Origin: Actinomycetota bacterium
GTDB taxonomy: Bacteria; Actinomycetota; Actinomycetes; JACCUZ01
Direction: 5' to 3'
NCBI GenBank assembly: GCA_030841035.1
Contig: JAVEDI010000037.1
Span: 314 to 64,313 of the forward strand
DNA: 64,000 bases
The translations under genes were made by a program, and so were the position numbers. The notes beneath the pieces were generated by a model. That model saw nothing but the letters and a program-made list of their open reading frames with translations. It ran no database searches and was not told the DNA's origin. This document shows, one piece after another, positions 1 through 8,864 of the stretch; position 1 is the stretch's first letter, and every line of letters begins with the position of its first letter.

Positions 1-164
1 CCGGCTCATTCGGGAAGGGCGGTGGCCAACCCCCGTGGTTCGAGCCGGGCGGTTAATCCGTGTCCCCACTGCCCCACTCTTAGCTGCCATCGGTCTCGCG
101 ACTGTTGATGAGGAGCCGCAGGGCTGACGGCCGCTATGTCTGCATCGCGGTCCGATCCTCAGGC

Positions 165-2099
165 TCACTCCACGTCATCGTCGTCCGCCGGCGGGACGAT
201 CGCGATGACGAGCGCAGGCCCAGGGTGCCGCACAGTCGCGATGGTTGGCTGGTCATAAGTGAAGTCGATCTCGTCGTAATCACGCCGATAGGCGGGTGGG
301 AGCTCGTTGTCCGCGATGACGATTTGCAGCTGGCCCCGGTTCGCGTCCGCCTGTGTAACGAGGCGGCGGTACAAAGCGGCGGCGAGGTCCTCAGCGGTGT
401 TCAGCGCGAGCCGTGGGCTGTCGACGAGCAGGAACGCCGGGTAAGAGGTGTCGCGGCGTCGCAACGCGACGGTGAGAAGCGACGTCCAGTACGCGACCTG
501 CGTGGCCGTGATGATGCCGCCACCGGAGCTGACCTGCGCAAACGGGCGGCCATTCAGCAGCGGCAGGTAGTTCGTCGGATGGATCGACGCGTCCTCGACG
601 CCGGGGACACCGAGAGTGAGGACGGTATCGCGGAACTCGTCGGTCAGACTGGCGATGATCTCGCGTCGTCGCTCATCTAGAGTCCCCTGGGCGGCATCCA
701 ACTCGGCTCGAAGCCCATCGCGCTCGATGTGTAGCCGCGCCACCTGCGCGCCAATGTCGTCGGCGCGGTCCCACTGGCGTAGAACTGCCTCAAGCTGCTC
801 CTGCTCCGCGCGTGCCTGTGCGAGCCGCTCAGCGACGTCGTCGAACGCCTGTAGGCGCGGAGAGATCCGATCGGCGGTGCGACGGTCCAGGTTGGCGGAC
901 AGGTCGGCAATGAGCTGCTGCCGCGATGTGATGGCGTCCGATGTGTCCGCGCGCTGCGCCTCGATCGCTACGAGCTGGGCGTCGATCTCGGTCACCTGGT
1001 CCTCGAGCTGGCGCGTCTCGTATGTGTCGTTGGCCGTCGCCGCAACCGGGTCCGGCTGCAGACACAGCCGGCAGGCGCCGCCGGGGACGGCGCGGCCGCT
1101 GAGCGTCTGTGTGCATCGCGGGCAAACACTGAACTCGATGCTCGCCAGTCGCTCACCCGCCTCGCGCATCCGACGGATGCGGGCGATGTCGCCCTCAAGC
1201 CTGCGTTTTTCCTCGGCGTAGTCGGCCTGCTGGCGGACTAGCACAAAAGCGGTGTCGCGGGCGTGTGTCAGTCGTCGCTCGGTGTCGTTGAGTAAGTCGC
1301 GCAGCGCCTGGGTCTCGCGATCGGTGACGGGATCGGCGCCGGCACGCAGTCGTACGCGCTCCTCCTCGGCGTCACGTTGCCGCACCGCCGCGTCGGCGAC
1401 CGCCTCCTCGACGTGGCGGCGATCAGCGGTGCCGCTGTCGCGGAGAAATGTGAGAACCGTCTCATACTGCTGCTCAACGCGTGCAAGCTCACCGTTGAGG
1501 AAGTTGATACGCGATCGCATCTCGAGGATGGCTGGGTTCGTCAGGCCGAACAGCAGCTCAAATACCGCACGACGCTTCGGCTCCCGGTACATCTCCTGGC
1601 TGCTCGCGATGTCTTTGTTGATGCTGGCCTGCGGCACGTACATGAACGTGAACACATCGTTGAACGTGATGCGCGCGCCGGTGTTCGCACTGCTGCCGGT
1701 GCGGGCGGCGGCCCGCATATCGTCGGGCATCCCGAGAGCCGCGAGCAGCAGCGAGCTGAGGCTGGGCAACTGGTCGTCGACGCGGTGGTCGGATAACCGG
1801 TCGCCCGTGACGAGGTCATCGACGCGGACCGCGGCGCGGCGCTGCGGGTCGAGCTCGCGCGAAAGCCTGTATCGCTCCTGACCAACCGCGACATCGAGGA
1901 TGACAGTGACGACGTGCTGCAGCGCGACTGGGGCGAGAAGCCCTTCGCCTCCTACACCAAACTTGACGAGCTCCAGGAGCGTTGTCTTCCCAACGCCCGT
2001 TGGCCCTGCAAGCACGGTGAGGTCCGATGGCAATGTGTACCGAACCTCACCGTTACTCGTGTTGAGGGAGACAGCCTCGAGGCGGAACCGAGTCGTCAT
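165..2099 (-). CDS. SMC/Rad50-like ABC ATPase with coiled coil and zinc hook (LmuB/DdmC-like; candidate defence ATPase)
   Basis: Walker A LAGPTGVGKTTLLELV; Q-loop FMYVPQAS; about 350-aa coiled-coil insert containing CPRC...CRLC hook; ABC signature VSSGGGI; Walker B/D-loop FLLVDSP. Start taken at internal ATG (M45 of the 688-aa ORF), which overlaps the upstream gene's stop as ATGA. Confidence 0.65.
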   Translation of the reverse strand: MTTRFRLEAVSLNTSNGEVRYTLPSDLTVLAGPTGVGKTTLLELVKFGVGGEGLLAPVALQHVVTVILDVAVGQERYRLSRELDPQRRAAVRVDDLVTGDRLSDHRVDDQLPSLSSLLLAALGMPDDMRAAARTGSSANTGARITFNDVFTFMYVPQASINKDIASSQEMYREPKRRAVFELLFGLTNPAILEMRSRINFLNGELARVEQQYETVLTFLRDSGTADRRHVEEAVADAAVRQRDAEEERVRLRAGADPVTDRETQALRDLLNDTERRLTHARDTAFVLVRQQADYAEEKRRLEGDIARIRRMREAGERLASIEFSVCPRCTQTLSGRAVPGGACRLCLQPDPVAATANDTYETRQLEDQVTEIDAQLVAIEAQRADTSDAITSRQQLIADLSANLDRRTADRISPRLQAFDDVAERLAQARAEQEQLEAVLRQWDRADDIGAQVARLHIERDGLRAELDAAQGTLDERRREIIASLTDEFRDTVLTLGVPGVEDASIHPTNYLPLLNGRPFAQVSSGGGIITATQVAYWTSLLTVALRRRDTSYPAFLLVDSPRLALNTAEDLAAALYRRLVTQADANRGQLQIVIADNELPPAYRRDYDEIDFTYDQPTIATVRHPGPALVIAIVPPADDDDVE

Positions 2100-2668
2100 C
2101 GAATCACCTGCCGCTGCGGTCGATCCATGAGGTGAGGCAAGCGCCCATAGATGAGAGTCTTGAGGGCGCTGCCGGTGAGGCCTGCGGAAGCTTCGGCAAG
2201 CGCGGCAGACCTGTCGCCAACGGCCGCCCAATCATCGGTCGCCGCGAGCTCGGAGGCGAGGCGCCGGCCCGCCGCGGTCGGCGCGAGGGCCACGCTGCCG
2301 CGGCGACCGGGCGCGTACCGAAGCAACCCTCGGCCGACGAGCGCGCCGATGATCGAGTAGTAGCGGTCGTCCCACGGGCCGTACTTGTATCGGGTCATCG
2401 GCGCCTCGACATCGGTTGGCTCTTCCTGATCCGCAGGTGCGAGATGCAACCGAGGGTCGTCGCTGCGCAGCATGTCGAGGACGTCAGCGGCTAGAGCCGG
2501 GTACCGCAGGAGGAAGTCGAGCTTGGCGAGCTTGGTCAGCCCATCTAGCTTCCGCGCGTGCCCGGCCGACGAGGCTACGGCGTTCACGAGCAGGAGCACT
2601 CGGGCCTGGTGGTACGCGAGATCGTCGCGGACCAGGAGCAGTTCCTGCGGATCGATGGCTTCGGTCAC
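2096..2668 (-). CDS. small middle component of the tripartite operon (LmuC/DdmB kleisin-like or ABC-3C middle-component candidate)
   Basis: 190-aa ORF between effector candidate and ATPase. GTG start overlaps upstream stop (GTGA) and its stop overlaps downstream ATG (ATGA). No recognisable catalytic motif. Confidence 0.4.
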   Translation of the reverse strand: MTEAIDPQELLLVRDDLAYHQARVLLLVNAVASSAGHARKLDGLTKLAKLDFLLRYPALAADVLDMLRSDDPRLHLAPADQEEPTDVEAPMTRYKYGPWDDRYYSIIGALVGRGLLRYAPGRRGSVALAPTAAGRRLASELAATDDWAAVGDRSAALAEASAGLTGSALKTLIYGRLPHLMDRPQRQVIR

Positions 2669-4104
2669 GTTGGCGCCTCCTGCTCGGCACGGCGGCGGCC
2701 AAGCTCCGAGTCGACGTCGAACGCGTCGCTGAACCAGATTCTGCACCGGTTCGCGAGGTCGGACAGGCCGCCGAGGAGAAGGTCCGGATCCATGTCACCG
2801 GGCAACGACCCGTTCGGTAGCGCATGGGTCTCCGCCTCGAGTTCGCGCCACAAATCCGCTCCCCAGGGGGGAGTGCGCACACCAACGCGGGCCGTCGCGC
2901 GGTCGCTCGCACCGAGCAATGACCGCCGAAGCCGATCCTGCTGCGCTCGGGCTGCCGGGTCGGCGCTGACCCTGGCGCGCCAGTATCGCTGGTAGTCCAT
3001 CCGGAGTTCCTCCGCGCGCTCGATGGCGTTATCCGTGCACCCGCCGACCGACATCTTGACTGCGACCCGGGTCGTGCGCAGCAGCGGCCGCAGGGGCATG
3101 AACCCGAGCGGCCGCCGGGTGGCGACGGCGAGAGCCACGTCGATGTCGGCGAGCGTGACGACGCGCGATGCGAGGTAACGGTCGAGCTCAGCGGAACCTG
3201 AGGTCCCTCCGTCCGGCGCGCGTCTGACAACGTCCGGCAGCGCGCCCCTGGGGATGGGCGCTCCCGCGCGCATCCGCGAACGGAAAAGCGCTAAGACTGC
3301 CTCCCATACCGCGGCGGCCGGCACGTCGGACCGCCCGGCCGCTATGAGCACGGGCTCGACAAACATGCCGGGCGCGGCAAACCCGACATAGGCCCGCCCG
3401 ATGCGCCCTGACTCGATCGTCAACATTGCCAGGAACCGGAGGACCTCGTCGCGCTCCTCGGCTGTCGCGGGCGGCAAACTCTGACGACGCCTGCCGCGCC
3501 TGTCCACGGTGGCACCCGGGCCTGGACGTAGCAACGGCGCCAGATTCGCCACGACGTCCTCGTCCGCGACCACGTCGAGACCCGCACTCGTGTCCTGCGC
3601 CTCGCGCAACGCCACGACTAGGCGCATGAGGGCCGCCGGCGGCCCGGCGGCCAACCCTGCAGTCGTTACCAGTCGGCACGTTGGCCACTCTCCCAGCGCC
3701 CGCCAGCGGTCGCATAGGTGTCGAAGACCGCCATCACCGGCGAGTTGCGTCAGGGTGGTGAACACGCCGACAGCCGGGTCCCGGTGTTTCGCCGACACCA
3801 ACTCGGCGTTCACGCCTTGAACTCGGCACCAGTCCTCGTGGTGCTCGCACACCACCCGGCACCCACCATCGTCGACGAGCCTGCCGTCACTATCCAGCGC
3901 ATCGAGGTACAGGGCGAGCCCATCCGCAGCCGCCATCGCCGCCTGCCACTCGTAACGGTCCGCCGTTTCAGCTCCGGCGTCGTCCGGCGGTGGCGATCCC
4001 AGAACCGCCTCCACGGCCGAACTCGGCTGCTCTGATTGGTCCGCCGACACGCGCTGAAATATAGGGGAGCCGACGAGGTCTGACGGCGAACCGAGATCTC
4101 GCAC
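2665..4104 (-). CDS. hypothetical protein, first gene of tripartite operon (putative LmuA-like effector/sensor; domain not recognised)
   Basis: 479-aa ORF with good coding periodicity and no similarity I can name. Contains a CEHHEDWC segment. Positioned 5' of and coupled to the small and ATPase genes; about 290 bp noncoding separates it from the tRNA. Confidence 0.4.
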   Translation of the reverse strand: MRDLGSPSDLVGSPIFQRVSADQSEQPSSAVEAVLGSPPPDDAGAETADRYEWQAAMAAADGLALYLDALDSDGRLVDDGGCRVVCEHHEDWCRVQGVNAELVSAKHRDPAVGVFTTLTQLAGDGGLRHLCDRWRALGEWPTCRLVTTAGLAAGPPAALMRLVVALREAQDTSAGLDVVADEDVVANLAPLLRPGPGATVDRRGRRRQSLPPATAEERDEVLRFLAMLTIESGRIGRAYVGFAAPGMFVEPVLIAAGRSDVPAAAVWEAVLALFRSRMRAGAPIPRGALPDVVRRAPDGGTSGSAELDRYLASRVVTLADIDVALAVATRRPLGFMPLRPLLRTTRVAVKMSVGGCTDNAIERAEELRMDYQRYWRARVSADPAARAQQDRLRRSLLGASDRATARVGVRTPPWGADLWRELEAETHALPNGSLPGDMDPDLLLGGLSDLANRCRIWFSDAFDVDSELGRRRAEQEAPT

Positions 4105-4391
4105 GCGGCAATCGTCGCCGCCAGCGGGTCTCAGACGCGGCTAGAGGTCGTCGCGGACGACGTACATCGAATCGTGCCGCCCCACAGTGGCACGCCGCTC
4201 CGGGACACCCCCGTACATCGATGCCCACGGGCTGCGTGGTTGGATCTCGGGTCGCTAGCGGGGACATTCGTTGCCAACTCGTGCCGCGGCCTCACGCTTC
4301 GTGTCCGTTGGTTTTCACGGACGGATGACGGACCGGCAGTCAAAAAGCTCGGTCCGATTTGTCCGGACCGAGCCTCTGACCTGCACTTTCT

Positions 4392-4468
4392 TGGTAGCGG
4401 GGGCAGGATTTGAACCTGCGACCTCTGGGTTATGAGCCCAGCGAGCTACCGAGCTGCTCCACCCCGCG
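4392..4468 (-). tRNA. tRNA-fMet (initiator, anticodon CAT)
   Basis: Reverse complement reads cgcggggtggagcagctcggtagctcgctgggctcataacccagaggtcgcaggttcaaatcctgcccccgctacca: 77 nt, CAU anticodon, GGG/CCC anticodon stem, unpaired C1·U72, encoded CCA. Near-identical to E. coli tRNAfMet. Confidence 0.85.
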
Positions 4469-4520
4469 TCGTTGTGTCCCCGACTTTACGTCAGTGGCTC
4501 GCAGACCTGCAAACCGGCGG

Positions 4521-5153
4521 TCACCAGGGCGTGACGACCCGGTCGGCCAGCGGCCGGCCGGCCTCCACCAGTCGGGCGTTCGCCTCGTCGCTGCGCTCGA
4601 CCCACGCGCGCGCCGCCGCCGGCGTACGGCCGAAGTGCTGGTGGCGGGCCACCAGCGACGCGACCCTCGAGGTCTCCTGGGCGACCTCGAGGAACCAGAC
4701 CTCGTCCAGCAGCGGCCTGACCTCGGGCCAGTGCAGCAGGTAGTTGCCCTCGGTCACGACCAGCCGCACCTGCGGTGCCACCGCGATCTCGTCAGGCACG
4801 ACCGCCTCGAGCTCGCGATCGAAGCGCGGCGCGCGCACGACGACAGATGTGTCCTGGCGCAGCCGCCGCAGCATTGCGACGTAGCCGTCCCGGTCGAAGG
4901 TCTCGGGCGCGCCCTTGCGGTCGCCGAGCCCTAGCACCGCCAGCTCTGCGTCGGAGAGGTGAAAACCGTCCATGGGTACGACGACCGCGCCCTCCCCCAG
5001 GTCGCGAACGAGGGCGTCGGCCATCGTGGACTTCCCGGCGCCGGGCGAGCCCACCAGTCCCAGCAGCCGCCGGCCACCGCTGGACACGAGTGCCCGCGCG
5101 GCTGCCATCACCTCCCCCGGATCGAGCAGGGCGGGGCCCGCCGTACCGGACAC
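4521..5153 (-). CDS. P-loop nucleoside/nucleotide kinase family protein (uridine-kinase/PRK-like)
   Basis: GLVGSPGAGKST Walker A at N-terminus; about 210 aa. Confidence 0.55.
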   Translation of the reverse strand: MSGTAGPALLDPGEVMAAARALVSSGGRRLLGLVGSPGAGKSTMADALVRDLGEGAVVVPMDGFHLSDAELAVLGLGDRKGAPETFDRDGYVAMLRRLRQDTSVVVRAPRFDRELEAVVPDEIAVAPQVRLVVTEGNYLLHWPEVRPLLDEVWFLEVAQETSRVASLVARHQHFGRTPAAARAWVERSDEANARLVEAGRPLADRVVTPW

Positions 5154-5162
5154 CCGGAGCCC

Positions 5163-8100
5163 CTATCCCCCGGACGCCGAGGCCGACGGCGACGGGCTCG
5201 TGCCGGCGGACCGGGACGGGGACGGCGAGGGCGACGGCGAAGGGGGTGTCGCCTGCTGCTCCGCGGCCAGCGCCCTGGTGATCGCATCCTGCAGCTGCTG
5301 CTGCGCCGTGCCGTACGCCGCGAAGTCGCCCTTCTGCAAGGCCGCACGGGAGTCACGCAGCGCCTGCTGCGCATCAGCCAACGCCGCGGCCAGTGTCGGG
5401 TTGGTGGCCGTGCCGCCACCGCCGCCCGTGCCTGGGCTGCCGCCCCCGGTGCTGCCACCCCCGGTGGTGCCGCCGCCACCGGCGGGCACGCCACCGGACT
5501 CGCCGGCGAAGACGGCGTCCAGTGCCGCCTGCAGCGTGTCCTCGAACGCGACCCGGTCACCGAAGGAGACGAGGACCTTGCGCAGCAACGGGAAGGACGT
5601 GGTCGCCTCGGCCTGGACGTAGACCGGCTCGACGTAGAGCAACCCGCCGCCGACCGGCAGGGTCAGCAGGTTGCCGTTCTTCACCGTGGTGCCGCGCCGC
5701 AGGATGTTGAGCTGCTCGGCGACCACGTCGTCGGAGATGAACTGGTTCTGCACCTGGGACGGCCCGTTGATCTGCACGGACCGGGGCAGCTGCAGCACCC
5801 GGAACTTGCCGTAGTCGGGACCGGGGTCGGAGCTGACCGCGACGAACGCCGCGAGGTTGTTGCGGTCACCGGTAGGCACGTACGTCGATGTCAGCGAGAA
5901 CGTCGGCGCGCTCTGCCCTGGCATGCGCAGCGTCAGGAAGTACGGCGGCTGCAGGCCTGTGGTCTCCCGGGTCGGGTCCACGGGGACCCGCCAGAAGTCG
6001 CTGCCGCTGTAGAAGTCGCGCGGATTGCTCACGTGGTAGTGCGCGAGCAGCTCACGCTGCACCTTGAACAGGTCCTCGGGGTAGCGGAAGTGCGACATGA
6101 GCTCCGCGCCGATCGACGAGCGCGGCTTGACCGTGTTGGGGTAGGCGTTCTCCCATGTCTTGAGGACGGGGTCCTTCGTGTCCCACTCATAGAGAGTGAC
6201 CTTGCCGGTGTAGGCGTCGACCGTCGCTTTGACCGAGTTACGGATGTAGTTGACCCGTTGCACCGGCGCGACCAGCGCCGTCGACGCGTTGGACTGCGAG
6301 TCGGTGGTGACGACATCGAGGGACTTGCGCGTGGAGTAGGGGTAGCCGTTGCTCGTCGTGTAGCCATCGACGATCCACACGATCTTCTTGCCCACCACCG
6401 CCGGGTAGGGGTCGCCGTCGAGGCTCAGCCAGGGCGCGACCTTCTCCACCCGGGTCTTGGGGTGGCGGTCGTAGAGGATCCGCGAGGCGGGGTTGACCTG
6501 GTTGGACAGCAGGATGTTCGACTCCTGGTACTTGGAGGCGAAGATCAGCTTGCGCCACAACGAGTTGACGGCGACGCCGCCGCCTCCCTTGTAGGTGTTG
6601 TTGCGCTGGCCACCGCTGCCCGTGTCGGTCGGGAAGTCCAGCTCCTGCGCCTGCGCGCCCGGAGGCGCACCCACGATGCTGTACGTCGGCGACTCCTCGC
6701 CGAAGTAGATGCGCGGCTGGAAGCCGTTGATCTCGCCCTGCGGCGGGATGTTCGACGAGACGAAGGACGGCCGGCCGCCGTTGGTCGTGTTGCCCAGTGC
6801 CGCGACGAAGCCGAAGCCGTGCGTGTAGACGGTGTGGTCGTTGATCCAGTTGCGCTGGGCGTCGGGCAGGCCGGTCAGGTCCAGCTCGCGCGCCGCCACG
6901 ACGACGTCCCGCTTCTTGCCTTCGATCGTGTAGCGGTCGACGTCGAGGTCGTCCTGGAAGTCGTAGTAGGCCCTGATCTGCTGAAGGTTCTTGTACGTCG
7001 GGCTCATGATCGCCGGGTCGAGCAGCCGGATGCTGGCCGTCGTGTCGGAGTCGGAGCGCAGCTGACCTGCCGTCGCCTTGGTCGTCGCCGAATAGCTGCG
7101 TACGTCGACGTCGTCGATGCCGTAGGCCGCGCGCGTGGCGTCGATGTTCTTGCGGATGTACGGCGCTTCCTTGGTGCGCTCCGAAGGCTTGACCTCGAAG
7201 CGCTGCACGATCGCGGGATAGATGCCGCCGATCAGCAGCGCGGACAGGACGAGGCCGCCGACGCCGACAGCGGGCAGCAGCCACGTGCGACGGACGATGT
7301 TGGCGAAGAAAAGTGCCGCGCAGATCAGCGAGATGATCGCGAGGATCGTGCGCCCCAGCAGCACGGCGTTGACGTCGGTGTAGGCCAGCCCGCTGAAGTC
7401 GGCCCGGCCGATCCGGCTCTCCTTCACCGCGAGGCCGTAGCGATCCAGCCAGTAGGCCACGGCCTTGAGCAGCACGAAGACCCCGAGCAGCACGGACAGG
7501 TGCACCCGCGCGGCGGGCGTGGCCCGCTCACCGAGCAGCGGCTGCAGCCGCAGGCCGCCGTACAGGTAGTGGGTCACCGCCGCTGCGATCAAGGCGATCA
7601 CGACCGCCGCGAACAGGAAGCTGAGCATGAAGCGGTACCACGGCAGGTCGAAGGTGAAGAACGAGATGTCCTTGCCGAACTGCGGGTCCTTCACACCGAA
7701 GGACGCGCCGTGCCGCCACTCGAGGTAGGTGCGCCACTGGCCCGAGGCCGACGATCCCGCGATCAGGCCGAGCAGGACGGCGATGGCGATGACCACCAGG
7801 CGCTTGTAGGGCTCCAGCGCGGTGCGGTAGCGGTCGAGCTCGGCCTGCCCCGGGATCAGGGCCTGATAGGTCGGGCGGTTGCGATAGGCGATCACGAAGT
7901 TTGCGGACACGGCGACCGCGAAGACGATGCCGAACAGGAAGAACAGCAACGACTTGGCCCGCAGCGTCCGGGTGAAGACGCTGGCGTAGTCGACCGACTG
8001 GTACCACAGCAGGTCGGTGTAGAAGCCGGTGAAGATGCTGAAGCCGATGAGCAGCGCGCCGAGGATCAGCAGTGTGGGAAGCAGCGCCCGCCCGCGACGC

Positions 8101-8171
8101 CGAGGGGGCATCACCGGCCGGCGAGGTGCGCCGGCGGCCCCGGGCGGTCCGCCCGGCATGTCGAAACTCAC
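5163..8171 (-). CDS. UPF0182 family membrane protein
   Basis: About 1000 aa; N-terminal multi-TM region (LLILGALLIGFSIF...) and large extracytoplasmic domain typical of actinobacterial UPF0182. C-terminal G/T/P/S-rich low-complexity tail. Confidence 0.75.
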   Translation of the reverse strand: MSFDMPGGPPGAAGAPRRPVMPPRRRGRALLPTLLILGALLIGFSIFTGFYTDLLWYQSVDYASVFTRTLRAKSLLFFLFGIVFAVAVSANFVIAYRNRPTYQALIPGQAELDRYRTALEPYKRLVVIAIAVLLGLIAGSSASGQWRTYLEWRHGASFGVKDPQFGKDISFFTFDLPWYRFMLSFLFAAVVIALIAAAVTHYLYGGLRLQPLLGERATPAARVHLSVLLGVFVLLKAVAYWLDRYGLAVKESRIGRADFSGLAYTDVNAVLLGRTILAIISLICAALFFANIVRRTWLLPAVGVGGLVLSALLIGGIYPAIVQRFEVKPSERTKEAPYIRKNIDATRAAYGIDDVDVRSYSATTKATAGQLRSDSDTTASIRLLDPAIMSPTYKNLQQIRAYYDFQDDLDVDRYTIEGKKRDVVVAARELDLTGLPDAQRNWINDHTVYTHGFGFVAALGNTTNGGRPSFVSSNIPPQGEINGFQPRIYFGEESPTYSIVGAPPGAQAQELDFPTDTGSGGQRNNTYKGGGGVAVNSLWRKLIFASKYQESNILLSNQVNPASRILYDRHPKTRVEKVAPWLSLDGDPYPAVVGKKIVWIVDGYTTSNGYPYSTRKSLDVVTTDSQSNASTALVAPVQRVNYIRNSVKATVDAYTGKVTLYEWDTKDPVLKTWENAYPNTVKPRSSIGAELMSHFRYPEDLFKVQRELLAHYHVSNPRDFYSGSDFWRVPVDPTRETTGLQPPYFLTLRMPGQSAPTFSLTSTYVPTGDRNNLAAFVAVSSDPGPDYGKFRVLQLPRSVQINGPSQVQNQFISDDVVAEQLNILRRGTTVKNGNLLTLPVGGGLLYVEPVYVQAEATTSFPLLRKVLVSFGDRVAFEDTLQAALDAVFAGESGGVPAGGGGTTGGGSTGGGSPGTGGGGGTATNPTLAAALADAQQALRDSRAALQKGDFAAYGTAQQQLQDAITRALAAEQQATPPSPSPSPSPSRSAGTSPSPSASASGG

Positions 8172-8293
8172 ACGTGGTCCGTTCGTTCAGGGGTCAGCGC
8201 TGCGTACGTCGCCGCGAGAGGTGTGCCCCCTCAACCTACCGAGGGGTGGGGTGAGTTCCCATCCTCGACCGGTGGTCAGGGAGGATCGGGGGC

Positions 8294-8809
8294 GTGAACA
8301 CGCGCCTGTCCCGGCTCACCCTCGACATCGAGCGCCACGTGGCGGGCTCCGGCTGGGACCAGCCTCCGCACCTGTTCGCGCTCGTCGAGACCGCCGACCT
8401 GCTGCGGCGCGAGCCGCAGCTGGCCGAGGGCCTGGGCATCGCGGCCGCCGAGCCGGGCAGCCTCACGCCGGTCGACCAGGGCGACCTGCCGGAGCACCGC
8501 AGCCTCGACGAGCTGCTCGGCGGCATCGTGTGGCCGCCCGAGGTGCTCGGCACAGCACTCGCGGTGGAGCGCCTGATGGTGCCCCCTGCGGCCGAGCGCG
8601 AGATGCCCCAGGACGAGGGCGAGGCCCTGGCCTGGCTCGCGGAGCACCCCGAGCGCCAGGAGGTGCGCATCGTCGTTGCCGTGCTGCGCGACGGCTCGCG
8701 GGAGGCCGCGCTGCGGCTACGGGCCCACGACGACGAGCAGTCGGTCCTCACCGGTCCCGACCTGGTGCCCGGCCTGGCCGAGGCCCTCTCGGGGACGCTG
8801 GCCGACTAG
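8294..8809 (+). CDS. PPA1309-family conserved hypothetical protein
   Basis: 171-aa ORF with GTG start; conserved actinobacterial small protein by recollection of family. Confidence 0.45.
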   Translation: MNTRLSRLTLDIERHVAGSGWDQPPHLFALVETADLLRREPQLAEGLGIAAAEPGSLTPVDQGDLPEHRSLDELLGGIVWPPEVLGTALAVERLMVPPAAEREMPQDEGEALAWLAEHPERQEVRIVVAVLRDGSREAALRLRAHDDEQSVLTGPDLVPGLAEALSGTLAD

Positions 8810-8864
8810 AGCGCGGGGGGCGAGGAGGGGGGCGGCCGCCGACGTAGGGCCAGGTACGTCGACG

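Noticed and set aside
30-75. tRNA-like T-arm (ggttcgagcc) as a possible att remnant
   Set aside because: Flanking bases do not form a T-stem and there is no match to the tRNA-fMet 3' half.
105-680. 191-aa + strand ORF antisense to the ATPase gene
   Set aside because: It overlaps a well-supported minus-strand gene and has an Arg-rich composition typical of antisense frames in 70% GC DNA.
4959-8297. 1112-aa + strand ORF
   Set aside because: It is antisense to the recognisable UPF0182 gene, with a Gly/Arg/Asp-rich composition and no motifs.
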